Assembly (NCBI GenBank): GCA_008632985.1
Contig: QPGO01000278.1
Location: forward strand, 1-64,000
Length of the DNA stretch: 64,000 nt
From: Psammoneis japonica
Taxonomy: Eukaryota
Direction of reading: 5' to 3'
Below the pieces are notes generated by a model. It saw only the letters and a list, made by a program, of their open reading frames with translations, was not told where the DNA came from and searched no databases. This document shows positions 25,676-37,789 of this stretch, in pieces. The position numbers were made by a program, and so were the translations under genes. Position 1 is the stretch's first letter, and every line of letters starts with the position of its first letter.

Positions 25676-27333
25676 TTCCCATTCAAGCATGACATTGCAG
25701 CTTGAGCCTTTCCAAGAGGGGTTGTGGGGGGCCTCAACAGTCTTTCGTGTGACACAATGTGATGTCTGAATCTCCAGATGGTGGTGCCACTGTCTTCTTG
25801 CTCCATGTGACAAATGATGTCTCATTGCAGACAAGGATTTCTTTGCATTCGTCATTGTCAACTGAACAAATGCACTTCACGATTTCCGGGTTGTCACCGA
25901 TCTCCCATCTCCCAGCAGCGGTCCTCAACAGCCTTGATGATGCGGGTCCTGCAGCCCTGTCCATTCTTTTGTGGCTTCATGAGAAAGGTGCATCTGACAA
26001 TGTCCTCAGGGTCAAAGACTGGCAACTTGGGCATCCTGATCTCTTCACCATCTGATGAAAATCTGTCAAATCCTTGGAGTGGTGATGGGATTTGATGTCA
26101 ATGGGTGTGGTGGACTCCCCATCAGGAGGATCAAGATGCAAATTGTGTGTCAACGGGTCACCAGTGGCAGAGCCGATGTCAGACTGGCAAAGAATTTTCT
26201 GAGTGTTGTCAGAGAGAATCCTGAAGGTCACTTGATGGCCCATGTGTTTGGCAATGCCAATGAAGCAACCTTGCAACTCACAAGATTCAGACAGCCAGTC
26301 GGAATTGTCCAGGTGGCAGTGCACAGGTTCCCACCATTGGAAATGGAGGAGGGGGCTGATGTCAGGAGTGGATCCAGACAGCACTTTGGCGGGGGGGTGC
26401 CAGCGGAGCTTGGCAGAGGCCGTGTGGTTGAGCACAAAACACACACAAATCAGAGTGAGAAGCCAGGTGCAGGCTGGGGAGCCAAAGCAATCCATGATGG
26501 TGTTGGCCATGTTCTTCACAGTTTGGCAGCGACAATCTGCAAAGTTCTGGTGCTGTTGATGAAGCTTGCTTTGCCAACTTGACACAAAGAGGGCACGGAG
26601 GATGCCAAGGACCTTGTTGCTGATCTCAACTTGAGCGCAATTGCTGATGAGCTTGGACTGGGCACCCCATGGTTGTGAATGTTGTCTTCAAGAGTGTTGA
26701 CAAATTCCTTGTCCATCTTGGTGCTGCACACACAGGTGACAAGGGATTTGGCACCAAGAAAGAGCTGTGTGCTGATGCACCCAGAGTCAACAGTGGGGGT
26801 GTTGGAGTGCACAGTGTCAGTGGCAACAGGTTCATTGTGGTGATGGTTGCCAAGAGCCAAGTTGGGTGACTTGCACACCTTTTTCAGGTGTGTGCTGGCA
26901 AGCATGTGGCTGCACTGGGTTGTGCAATCAAAAGTGCAATGAATGGTGTCCTTTGGGAGGAAACCAAAATGGGGGCACAAGGACTCACAGTCCGGGTCCT
27001 GGGGTTAATGTCATGCTCGTGGCACTCACAAAAGAAGTCGGACGTTGGCAGGATGTGATGGTTGAGCACAGAGTCTGCAAGCATTGCATTGTTCACAACA
27101 TGACAGTGACGACAGTTGCCAAACTCATCAAAGAGGTTGGTGGTGGGATCATCCTGGAAGTTGGACATGGCATCATGCCATGTCTTGTCAGCATCGGTGA
27201 ACTGGCAGTCAAGCACAGATGGGTCCCAGGTGTCATCGCAAGTGAGAATCACATGGGGCAGGTCATCCCATTTGGCATCAATGTGCAGCACATGGCAATG
27301 CACAGCAGGCCACCTTTGATGTCAATGGGAATG

Positions 27334-27780
27334 TGCAGCATGCATGCAGACAAAAGGTCATTTTTGTCACACCCTTTGTGACATTTAAAGGCTGTGACAC
27401 GTCCCCGTGATGCATTGGCTCTTAGCAGCAGCTGTGTGTTGCACTCCTCCCCATGTGTCACGCGTCCACACGGCTCTTTGCTAACATGTTCTGACACTGC
27501 ACAGTTTTGGCGGAACAGTGTGGGTGCGCACGAAGGAACACACAGAACTGCACAGAGTTTTGTGCGTTCGACAGTGATCAACGTTGCTGCAGACAACTCC
27601 CACTCAGGGTTTCGAACCCCTGGCCTCCTGCCCAATGGTTGCGATGAACCACTCCGCTGTGAATTCATGGTGCAGCATGCATGCAGACAAAACGTTGTTT
27701 TTGTCACGCCCTTTGTGACATTTAAAGGCTGCAACATGTCGCCGTGATGCATCGACTCTCATTGGCAGCTGTGTGTTGCA
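27334..27780 (-). mobile_element. TRIM (miniature LTR element), 447 bp
   Basis: 110-bp direct repeats at 27334-27443 and 27671-27780, both TG...CA. TSD AATG at 27330-27333 and 27781-27784. PPT CATGGGGAGGAG next to the 3' LTR. No ORF. Confidence 0.9.
27598..27659 (-). promoter_or_regulatory. tRNA-like Pol III A-box/B-box inside the TRIM
   Basis: A box CAGCGGAGTGG (27659-27649) and B box GGTTCGAAACC (27618-27608) in a CAGGG/CCCTG stem, with tRNA-like spacing. Confidence 0.6.
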
Positions 27781-30073
27781 AATGACACAGCCATGGTGGT
27801 GATGTGCTGCAGACTGTTGTGGACCTTGACAGACTGGTTGTTGATGTCGTGCTTGCACCACTCAAGCTGGCTACAGGAATGAAAGGTTTTGCCCTTTCCA
27901 GTGCAGGCATGCCAGTGAAGGATGGCAATGATGGGGCCATGTTGCGTGTCAGCAGTGACAACAGGATTGTCGACAAGTTGGTGGTTGTCAATGCCTTGCA
28001 CATCAACCTGCCAATCAGCGCATGTGATGGCATGACATTGTCACCAGCAATTCTGCCATTGGCGCCACGATCAACTGGAGCTCCCTTGCATGTTGAGTTG
28101 TGAGTCAACACAGAATGGACAATGTTGTGGTTGTTGACAATGCAACAAGTGTGTCCATTTGTCTGGATGTCAGTGGCAGAGCCAGGAGAGGATGTCAAGA
28201 TGGGAGGTTTCTTGCCAGAATGGGCTGAGGGAGGTTTGTCGGGCAACAGGAGATGTTGAAGATTGCCGGGTGGCAAAGGCCTGCACTTTGTAAGGTGCGC
28301 CAGGATTGCGCTGGTGTCTGTTGCACTGTTGGCAGCATCGGGGGTGCTGCAGCCAAGGCAAGGTCGTGAGTGTTGGCAGACAAATCAATGTCACCATCGC
28401 TTCCCAGATCATGAAGGTTAACAGCCTCCAACTCATGGCAATTGCTGGAATGGGAGGTGTGCAATCCAAGGATGATGGCCTTGGTGGACTGAGGTGGGGT
28501 GTCCCAGATGATGAGCCATTGATCTGACGGAATGTGGTGCCATGGTTTCTTGGTGAGAGTGGACCATGGGTTTGAGAAGCATGAGCTTGAATGACATCAA
28601 CATCACTGTCAATGTTGATGTCAAAGAATGCATCATCATCAGGGTCATTGGGTGCCAGGTCATGGGTGCAAATGGCTTGGCCTGGGGTGTGGGAGGCCGT
28701 TTTGGGCACAAAAGTGCTGTCACACTGCACCGCCACAGAAAGTGGGAGCCCACAACATTGCTTGTGGGCGAGGCTCTTGCCGTTCTGTGTGCAACACTGT
28801 TTGGCTTGGTTCTTGACTGAACAAAGTTCTTTGACAGGGTGAATGGCATTCTCCGGCATGACACGTTTCTGGCCAGCAGAAAATCAATCCACATCTGGGA
28901 TCAGAGCTTCATGCTTGCAAAGTTGATCTTGCCAGTGAAGTGTGAAGACCTGGGTGGAGCCCTTCCAGGCACCATCACTGAGAGGAGCTGTGCTGAGGTG
29001 TGCAAGCAGGGTTGATGATTCCAGTGCTGCCTGGGTGGATGCAAAGGTGCCCTCAGAGAGTTTCTTGTACATGGCTTGCACATCAGAGGAGTCCACATGT
29101 TCTCAAACAAGTGCTTTGCCTTTGTCATTTTGCAAAATGTGCTCAAAGATGGTGAACATGTGCTTCTGTTTTTCTTTGAACAAAGCCTTGTCTTTGGGTG
29201 CAGAGGGTCTTGCACTTCAAATCAAAAATGCGGCAAACATCCTGAGAGTGGGCCTGTGCAACAATGGAGGTGTTCCACATGTGCCACTGCTTGTCAGGCT
29301 TGAGAGTCACGAATGTGAGTGGGTCACATTTCATGCCTTGGTTTAAGTCACGCACTGGGTCACGTGGTTTGGGAGGCAATGAGCCAGGTGTGGGAGCAGA
29401 TGGTGCTGTGCCCATGGAGAGAGATGCTGCACATTTGGGACTGAGATGACACCAGTCAGTGCATTCTTCAAGTCTGAACAAAGTGGGGTTGTTGCTGACA
29501 TCAGTGCCACTGTGTGCTTTTGCAGTGTAAAAGCCAATCAATGCCACTGTGAGTGCTTTGCATCCTCGTGGCAAAGGGAGTTGGTTGGTGCAATCAATGT
29601 AAACTGGGGCAGACGTCAAGTTGAGCCAGAGCAAAGGCAAAGAGATCTTGGCAGGAGTCAGTTCCATCAATGGACATGTTCCAGCTGCACATGAACCAAA
29701 ACGTGCACAAAAATGACATTCGCGCAATTTTTGCGCGGTCTCTGACTTGCAAATGAGCTTTCACCACCAAAAGCATGGATTCACACAAACACAAATGTTT
29801 TGCAACACTGGCAAGACTTGTGTCAGTGTTGCAATGTCATTGTTTTTGCACGATCAATGTCACTTCATTGCCACAAATGAGTTGTGACAGCAGATGATTT
29901 TCGCCAAAATTTTTGAAGATTCACGTGGTGTTGCTGTTTGAAGGCTAACACAAAACACTTGTGTTTGCATTTTGCAGTGACAATCTGCTGGCACAAAAAG
30001 TTCTGTAGGATGAGTGCTGACATGCAGCCAGCATTGTTTCCACATAAAAGTTTCATCACATGTGTGTCATGAA

Positions 30074-30293
30074 TGAGCAAATCCCAGTGGAGTGGTCTGT
30101 GTTTGGTCAGTGTGTGGAGTTGTTGCTGGCATCAGGGCAATGGCACTGCTGGCATGGGAGGAAAGGCTGCGGACATGCATTTGGGGCACAATTTCTAATC
30201 ACACAGGAAGGACAATGCAGAAATGAGTGCATTGACAAGACAAGGGCAAGAGTGTTGTGGCACAGGCCACATCACTGCATCAGCATTCATTTG
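30074..30293 (+). repeat. 5' LTR of D
   Basis: Direct repeat of 36685-36904. Confidence 0.92.
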
Positions 30294-30747
30294 CTTTGTC
30301 AGAGCCATGGTCCATTGTTGATCATCCGAATGCAATGAAATTGTCATCGCATGGGTGTGAAAAAATGCGCGCGGTTGTTTGTTGCTGTGCAGAACCACAT
30401 GGGTGTCAGTCATGGAAACAGTGCTGGGTTCTGAGTGTGCGTGTCACGCAATGTCAGATTTTGCAACGAATGTGAATGGACCATGAGAATCACTGTGGTT
30501 AAAACAGCACCACACTTGCAAATCAATGGTTTTCAACATGTGCAACAGGCATCAAACAGAGCAGGGTGGGGTGGCATGCCCAGAGAGTGTGCTCATTCAG
30601 ACAAAATGGCATGAGGTGTCCTCTCATTGCCGGTTGGCTGCATGGACCCGTTGTCATGGCACTTGCAGAGTGTTCAGTCTCCTGTCTACACCCATTGTGA
30701 GAGTCTCACAGTCACCATGACTTGATTGTCTTTGCAATGTGGGAGAC

Positions 30748-32283
30748 ATGGCAGCAGCAGCAGCTCGAGCTTTGGCAGCATGAGCACTGGCAGTGGATGT
30801 TGACAACGTTCTGCAGACATGTGCCATCACCAATGTCAATGCAAGAGCTTGCTTGGTGCATTGTGATGGATTCATGACACTGGAGAACCTTGCAGTTATG
30901 GAAGGTGACTCGGACATGGAAGACATGGCAAACAGAGTTGGCCATTGCACCAACCAGGATGGGAGAGTGACACTTGGCACCACCCAAATTAAGAATCTGC
31001 AAGCTTTGGTTTGGTGGCTTCCTGATTGTCAGAAGCACAACCTTGCATTGGATGCAGCACTGTTTAATCAGGCAGCACTGGTTGATGCTTGCCAGAAGAA
31101 GTGGGTTGAAAAGGATGTGGTTGAATCAGAAGTGTTGGTCAGCTCATTGCCAGCATTCAAAACCGAGGATTTTGACATGATGGAAGACGCATTTCTGAAC
31201 CTCTTGTCACAGAAAGTTGGGGCATTGAAAGAACCATTGCATTGTGTGGTGAGGCTGGCAGCAATGCCAGCCACATTTGTTGACACAGTCAAGGAGTGCA
31301 TGCATCAATTGAGTTTGAATGGGATGGCATTCAATCAGGACCATCACACTGTGTGTCATCCGTTGAAAGCTTGCCTGGTGAACATGGAAGCAGCAACATG
31401 GATTGAAGCCTGCAACAGCACAGAGAATGGGAGAGATGCCTTCTGGGCATGGGCAAACCATTGCCATGGACAGGGAGAGCTCAGCAAGCACACCCAGTTG
31501 GCATCAGCAAACATCAGGTCATTGCACTGTAAGAATGAGCATTGCTTGTCATTTGAATGGCACACAGCAAAACTCACCAGTGCATTTGCAACCTTGGCAA
31601 AGGACGAGGACCAGCATGAGACAGACAGGCAGAAAGTTGAGATCCTCCAAAGAGGGGTTGAGACTGACAATGTTCGGCTGCAGGCTTGCATTCCTGTGAT
31701 CAGTCAGCAGCATCCTTGTGACTTTCCTGGCATGTGTGCATTCATTTCTGCTGAAGTTTCTTGTTTGCATGTTGCATCTCAGTTGGAGGCTCAGTGTCAT
31801 TCAAAGCACAAGACATTGAAAATGTCCCATGATGGAGGCCCAGGCAGTGGCTTTGCTGGTGGTGGTGGTCGAGGCCCCCAAGGAGGTGGTGGTCAAGATG
31901 GTCGTGGGCCTGGAGGCCACAGCAGGGGACAATTCAGTGGCAGAAGTGCAAGTGCAATGACCAATGGTGTGGATGTGTTGGATCTCTCTCACACCTTTTC
32001 CCCAGATGAATGACAGCAACTGAGGTTCAATGGTGACCAAGCGCATGTCATGCAAGCCCACGAGCGGATGGCTGGAGGTGGTGGCAGTCCTGGGCATGGA
32101 CGTGGCAGCCCCAGTGGAAGACAGGTGTGTGGTGCATGCCAGAGTCTGGACGAATCAATGCATCAACAACAGGAACAGCCACCAGCCAATGATTCAAGTG
32201 CAAGTTGTGGATGTGGACACAAGAATGAGAAAGGGGGCAGACATGGAGCAGGTTTTGGTCATGGTGCCTGTGCGCACACCTGA
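30748..32283 (+). pseudogene. gag: Copia D gag with in-frame TGA stops
   Basis: ORF 30793-32013 (406 aa, no Tyr) with KNLQALVWW, NGRDAFWAW..H..GQGE and a Gly-rich tail. Confidence 0.8.
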
Positions 32284-32429
32284 TGGTGTGGAGTGACAGC
32301 TGCTTCAGCTTTGCTTGCACATTGTGTAAACGTGATTGCATTGTCTCTGCTGTTGTCACTTGTGCTGTCTAAACCCCACCCAAACAACACCACAAAGAGC
32401 TTCCAAAGGATTGAGGTAACTTCCAAAGA

Positions 32430-35400
32430 TTGGTGCAATCAATGAATGCAATGACAACCCCAAGCTGTGCGGTTCCCAGTCATGTGTCCCACAATGAATG
32501 TGACACCCATGCGGACACGTGTGGTGCAGGAGCAAACTGGAGTTTGATGGAGACCACCAATGAAATGTGTGAAGCAAGTCCATTCCTCAAATCACATGAT
32601 CTGGTCAAACAGATTCCAGTTGCATGATGTTGTGCTGTTTGGACAGATCCAGATGCAATGGACAAACATTCATTGGTCAGTGACCAGATGCCATGGTTCA
32701 GACAGCAAATGGAGCATTTCCTTGTCAACCCAAATCAGCCATGGGCAAGTCAATGACAACCCTTGCAATCCCCAAGACAGCTTTGGCATTTCAACAGAAG
32801 AAATCTTTGTCCCTTTTCATGCCATGGGAAAGTTGTGTTTTTTGAGTCTCATGTGACCAGTCACTCCACTTGCAGGTGATGCTTGGAATTCATTGGAAGT
32901 CAACATGGTTTCCTGAACAAGACTGGAGAGCAACAGGAGATGCAGACCATCCGATCATTGACATCCCACTTGCAAAAGTCAGAGCCATCAGAGCCAGGAG
33001 CGGAGTGAGACAAGTCTGTGGTGGTCCAATGGGGGGAAGTGGAGGAAGCCATGGCAAGCATTTCCCCAATTCATCACCTTCAGATGTTTTGTGGCCACAC
33101 AATTGCATCTGCAAAGATCGCGTGTGCCTGCAGGGAGGACATTGACAAGCTGGAACAGAAATTCTTGGAACTTTGTATGAAGGATCGGCGCTTGAAGATT
33201 GCAGCAGAAGAGCTGGCACAGAAATGGAGTGTTGGCCTGGATGCGGCAAAGGACATTCTCAATGTCACGACTCAGCGAGGAGCCAGAACAGCAATGCAGC
33301 CATTGTCGAGACGTGTTCGTGTGGACCATTTGGATTTACACCCAAAGAGACTGAGAGGGACATGGTTTGCTGAAACTCTCATTTTAAAGGTCAAGTCCAT
33401 TCTCCGCAACACTTGTGCCAATGTTTGCACCCAGGGAAAGTTTGTGAAGGTCACCCCAATGGTGGCTCAGTCAGAAGCAAGATGATCATTAATTGAGTTT
33501 GCAGATGATGTTGGAATGCCCAAGTTCTTGTTGACAGACGGGGCAGGAGAATTTACTGGCAAGAATGTGGACTTTGTCAAACAAGTGAGATGCATGTGTG
33601 TGCAGCTCAGGAACTCAGAACAATGCAGGAAGAACCAAAATCATGCAGCAGAATGGGAGATGGGTTTTCCAGCCAAGCATTGGAGGCTGCAAATGAACAA
33701 GAAGAAAGTTCCAAAGTGATTGTGGGATTTTGGTCTTGCACATGAAGCAGAGTTACTGTCAAGAATGGCATGAGGACACAACAGAAGAACCTGATGTGAG
33801 AAAGTAACAGGACAAACACCGGAGATCAGGGAGCACCTAGATTTTGGATTCTGCGACCCAGTTTGGTGGCGAGATAGACCTGGTTCAAAGCCAAGTGCAG
33901 CTGAAGATCCAGATGACTTGGGAGATGGCTTGGTGTGTCACACAAGGTTAGATTGGACATGTGTCATTGGATTGTGACCAAGAGTGGCAAGTTGGTGTCC
34001 AAGACTTCAGCAGAGCACATTGCACAGGCATGTTGTCTGGAACTGGATGAAAGGAAATGGATGGATGAGTTCAATGAGGCTTTGATGAGATGGTTGGATG
34101 ACGCAAACTTTGTCATTGAAGGCGATGAAGCGGTCCCAGCATTTTGCTCAGATGATTGTGTGATTGAAGGGGACAATGGAGTGCAGTGTGAAGGAGGTGC
34201 AATGCCAGATGACAAAGAATGTGGTGACATGCCAACAGACGATGAGTGCCCTGATGATGATGACCAAGAAGCTGTGGACCAGCATCTCAGCATTGAACCA
34301 ATCCTGGATGTTGGAACAGAAGGAGAAAGATGTGGTGCAGTCACAAAGAGAGTGAGAGCACAATGGCAAACCAACAGGAAGGAGAAATCAGAATCCTCTG
34401 TTTTACACAAGAGAGTGCAAAATTGAGTGTGTGGATGGGACCACAGATGAGCACACCGCAAATGTCATGGCGGAGAATGTGTTTGCTCAGGTCAATGACA
34501 AGGGTCATCAGCTCTCCATTTTTCATGAAGTGCAAGACCACAGGACAATGCAGGAAGCAATTTTGAAGGACGATGGTGTGGTCAAGACTGCAGGAGGCCC
34601 GAGCAAGAAGAAGAAGAAGAGAACCAAAGGTTGGGAGTTGCTGATGGCATGGAAAGACAGCAGTTCCCACTGGGTCAAGTTAAAGGATGTCAAGGATTCT
34701 AACCCCAATGAAGTGGCAGAGCATGCAGTGGCCAATCGAATTGCCAATGAACCAGCATTTCCCTTGGTGGGCACCTCATGTGCTGAGGAAGTGGAGTCCC
34801 ATTGCATCAAAGGTCAAGTTGAGGCATTGGCAAATCACTCATGAGTTTGGGGGTCAAGTTGCCAAAGAGCATTGATGAAGCATTGCAGATGGATTGTAAA
34901 ATGGGGACAGATTGCTGGGCCAGAGCTGTTGACAAGGCGATGACTGAGGTGAAGGTGGCATGGGAAAAGCATGATGGCGAAACTCTAAAAGAGTCAAAAA
35001 CTGCATGAACATCAAGAGATGCAGTGCCACATGGTGTTTGATGTCAAGATGGACTTAACCTGCAAGGCTGGGTTTGCAGCAGGAGGTCACCCTGTGCCAG
35101 ATTCAATCACACACTCAAGCATTGTCTGGAGGGACAGCGCACAAATTGCTTTTGTGCCAGCAGCTTTAAACAAAGTGAATGTTGCTGTGATTGACTTAGA
35201 GAATGCTCTCTTGAATGCACTGTGTGCAGAGCAGATGTTGTTTGAAGGTGGAGCTGAATGTGGCCGGTTCAAAGGGTGCACATTGGTTGCAGTGAGAGCA
35301 CCCCATGGATTGAAAAGCACAGGGTTTTCATGGTGATTGGCATCTTCTTTTGCTTTGCAAGATGTGGGTTTTGAACCAACACAAGCAGATCCCAATGTGT

Positions 35401-36546
35401 GTCCACAAGCAGCAGTTTGCAAGGATGGGCACAAATGTCATGAGGTGCCATTGGTCTGTGTTGATTTTGTGTTGACAATGTTGCACAAAGGGAAGTCAGT
35501 TGTCAAGTCTGTTGCCAAGCATTGCAAGATCAAGCCTGGGAGTGAAGGGGAACCCAAGACTTGTCTGGGAGCAATGACAAAGAAGATTCAGACACAGGAC
35601 GGTTGTGTGATTTGGGCCAGTTCACCCAAGGACTGTGTCAAGAATGCAATTGAGACAGTGGAAGATCTGCTGAGTGAGGATGGCAATGTGCAGTCTTGAA
35701 GAACAATGTGAAGGATCTGTCCCCATCAAAGCACAAGCCAGAGCCAGATGTGACAGATGAGTCAGGTCCCAATTTTGATGTCCCGGTGTTTGCAGCTCAT
35801 TGGAATTGTGAGATGGGCGATTGAGTTGGGTCACATTGACATTTTGTTTGAAGTGTCTTTGCTTTCTCAATGTCAGGTGAATCCAAGGAAGGGTCACTTG
35901 GAAGCCTTGCATCACGCATTCATGCATGTGAAGAAGCATCCGAGCCAAGGATGAGTCGGATTTGATCCCAAGAGTCCCAAGATTGATGAGTCTGTGTTTG
36001 ACAGTGTGGCAGATCGGACCAAATTTTGTGGCAACATTGAGGAAAGAGTTGCCACCTAAGATGCCCAAGCTGTGTGGGAACCCCATGACTGCGCATGCTT
36101 TCATTGATGCAAATCATGCTGGAAACATTGTTGCGTGCAGGTCGCACTCCAGCACCATCATCTTTGTGAACAATTCTCCAATCATGTGGTTCAGCAAATG
36201 GCAGGATGCGGTTGAGTCTTCTGCTTTTGGGAGTGAGTTGGTCACAATGCACATTTGCAAGGACATGATTGTTGCTTTGCAAAGCAAGTTGCACATGTTT
36301 GGAGTGCCGCTGGATGGACCCCCAAATGCATTTTGCAACAACTGCAGTGTGGTGAAGAATGTCAGCATTCTGGAATCTACATCACACAAGAAGCACAATG
36401 CAGTTGACTGTCACACAGTGAGAGAGGCAGTTGCAGCTGGAATTGTGAGAGTCGGAAAGGAAGATGCGGAGACGAATTTGGTGGATCTGTTGACAACTCT
36501 TGCAACAGGTGAAAAGCACTGGCAATTGTGCTCATTTGTCTTTTAG
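32430..36546 (+). pseudogene. pol: Copia D pol, fragmented
   Basis: ECDTHADTC, LTDGAGEF, KGWELLMAWKD, CHMVFDVKMD, APHGLKS, FIDANHAG, VESSAFGSELV, KKHNAVDCH. Confidence 0.9.
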
Positions 36547-36684
36547 TGAGGTCCTTTGCAGCCAAGGTTCAGGGCTTGTAACTCGCGTTCATGCCTTGTG
36601 ACCTCCCAAGCCAGACCAACTGGTGGCAAGTTGGGTTTGCATTTTACCTCTCTGGTGTGAGAGGATGTTTAGAGTGGATGAGAC

Positions 36685-36904
36685 CAAGCAAATCCCAGTG
36701 GAGTGGTCTGTGTTTAATCAGTGTGTAGAATTGTTGCTGGCATCAAGGCAATGGTGTCACTGGCATGTGAGGAACAGCTGTGGACGTGCACGTGGGATGC
36801 AATGTCTGCTCGCACAGGAAAAACAACGTAGAAACGAGTGCATCGACAAGACAAGGGCAAGAGTGTTGCGGCACAGGCCGTGACACTGCATCAGCATTTG
36901 TTCG
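36685..36904 (+). repeat. 3' LTR of D
   Basis: Direct repeat of 30074-30293. Confidence 0.92.
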
Positions 36905-37248
36905 ATGAAGACTTGAACACTGATGAAAAAATTGTGTAAATGTTCACACTCCAACCAAATGCAAAAGCCAGAATGCACAAGCATTTCAATGAACAGCCTC
37001 AATGCATGAAGCTCACATGAATTGTGTTCAAAATGGGTTGTCGTTTTGTGTGTCACCTGGGGCTGGAACATGTCAATAAAGAGGGCAGAGCACAGAGGAC
37101 TGTCCACAGCTTTGTTCAGAACAGTGCCCAAGATGTGCTCAAAGCCATCGGTTTGTTGCTGTTGAGTGAGGACCATGGTTCAACTGAGGAGAGTGTTGGA
37201 ACTTGGACCAGAGGTTGAACTTGAATTGACTTGAAACTTAACTTGATG

Positions 37249-37392
37249 CTTGGCTTGAGGCTTGGCTTGAGGCTTGGCTTGAGGCTTGGCTTGAGGCTTG
37301 GCTTGAGGCTTGGCTTGAGGCTTGGCTTGAGGCTTGGCTTGAGGCTTGGCTTGAGGCTTGGCTTGAGGCTTGGCTTGAGGCTTGGCTTGAGG
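37249..37392 (+). repeat. Perfect 12-bp minisatellite (CTTGGCTTGAGG)x12 in the A2 5' UTR
   Basis: Twelve identical units counted directly. Confidence 0.97.
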
Positions 37393-37789
37393 CTTGACTT
37401 GAAATCTTGAGCCACATTGCGAATCAGAAGCCACCGGGTCATGCTGTCCCATTTGCAATTAAGTGCCAAGCTTCCTGTCTGGTCTGCAGAGTTGTGTGGG
37501 CATGTTGGAACCCTTGGCTGTTGATGCCTTGGGTTGCTTGAGAGCAGAGCAATGGGTTAAAAACCCCTGCTGACAAGCCAACCAGAGGTGGACAAATCTG
37601 ACAGAATTTGAACAAGAATGACTCACTCTTGTCCCACTCCGTTGTCCAGCTGATTCCAACACCAATGATGCTGCATGGATCAATGCAGTGCACATCACCA
37701 TGCATGAGTCTCTTCATGACTCTCATCCAGTCTCATCTGACTGTGATTGTGGCACTTTTGAGGTCAATGCCATGCACTTTGAGAAATCA

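Larger units (their letters stand above)
30074..36904 (+). mobile_element. Ty1/copia (CoDi-like) element D, full length
   Basis: 220-bp LTRs at 30074-30293 and 36685-36904. TSD ATGAA at 30069-30073 and 36905-36909. PBS-like CTTTGTCAGAGCC at 30294. gag-PR-IN-RT-RH remnants. Confidence 0.95.
29673..37074. mobile_element. Non-autonomous TIR DNA element (about 570 bp once Copia D is removed), inserted in A2 gag
   Basis: TIR GACATGTTCCAGC at 29673 and GCTGGAACATGTC ending at 37074. 4-bp TSD AATG/AATA. Removing it restores A2 gag. Confidence 0.85.
25676..37625 (-). mobile_element. Copia family A copy A2 (RT/RH missing), host of three nested insertions
   Basis: gag MVLTQQQQTDGFEHILGTVL..SALFI (37176-37075) continues as IDGTDSCQDLF at 29670. 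Protease PVDRGANG, integrase KEFVNTLEDNI and PHQQHQNFA-like motifs, ending at LEWE. LTR stub at 37599. Confidence 0.88.

Noticed and set aside
27598..27665. Functional tRNA gene
   Set aside because: No convincing anticodon arm or acceptor stem, and it lies inside a TRIM.
37116..37469. ORFs with KPSL / KPQA repeats
   Set aside because: Translations of the 12-bp minisatellite in a 5' UTR.
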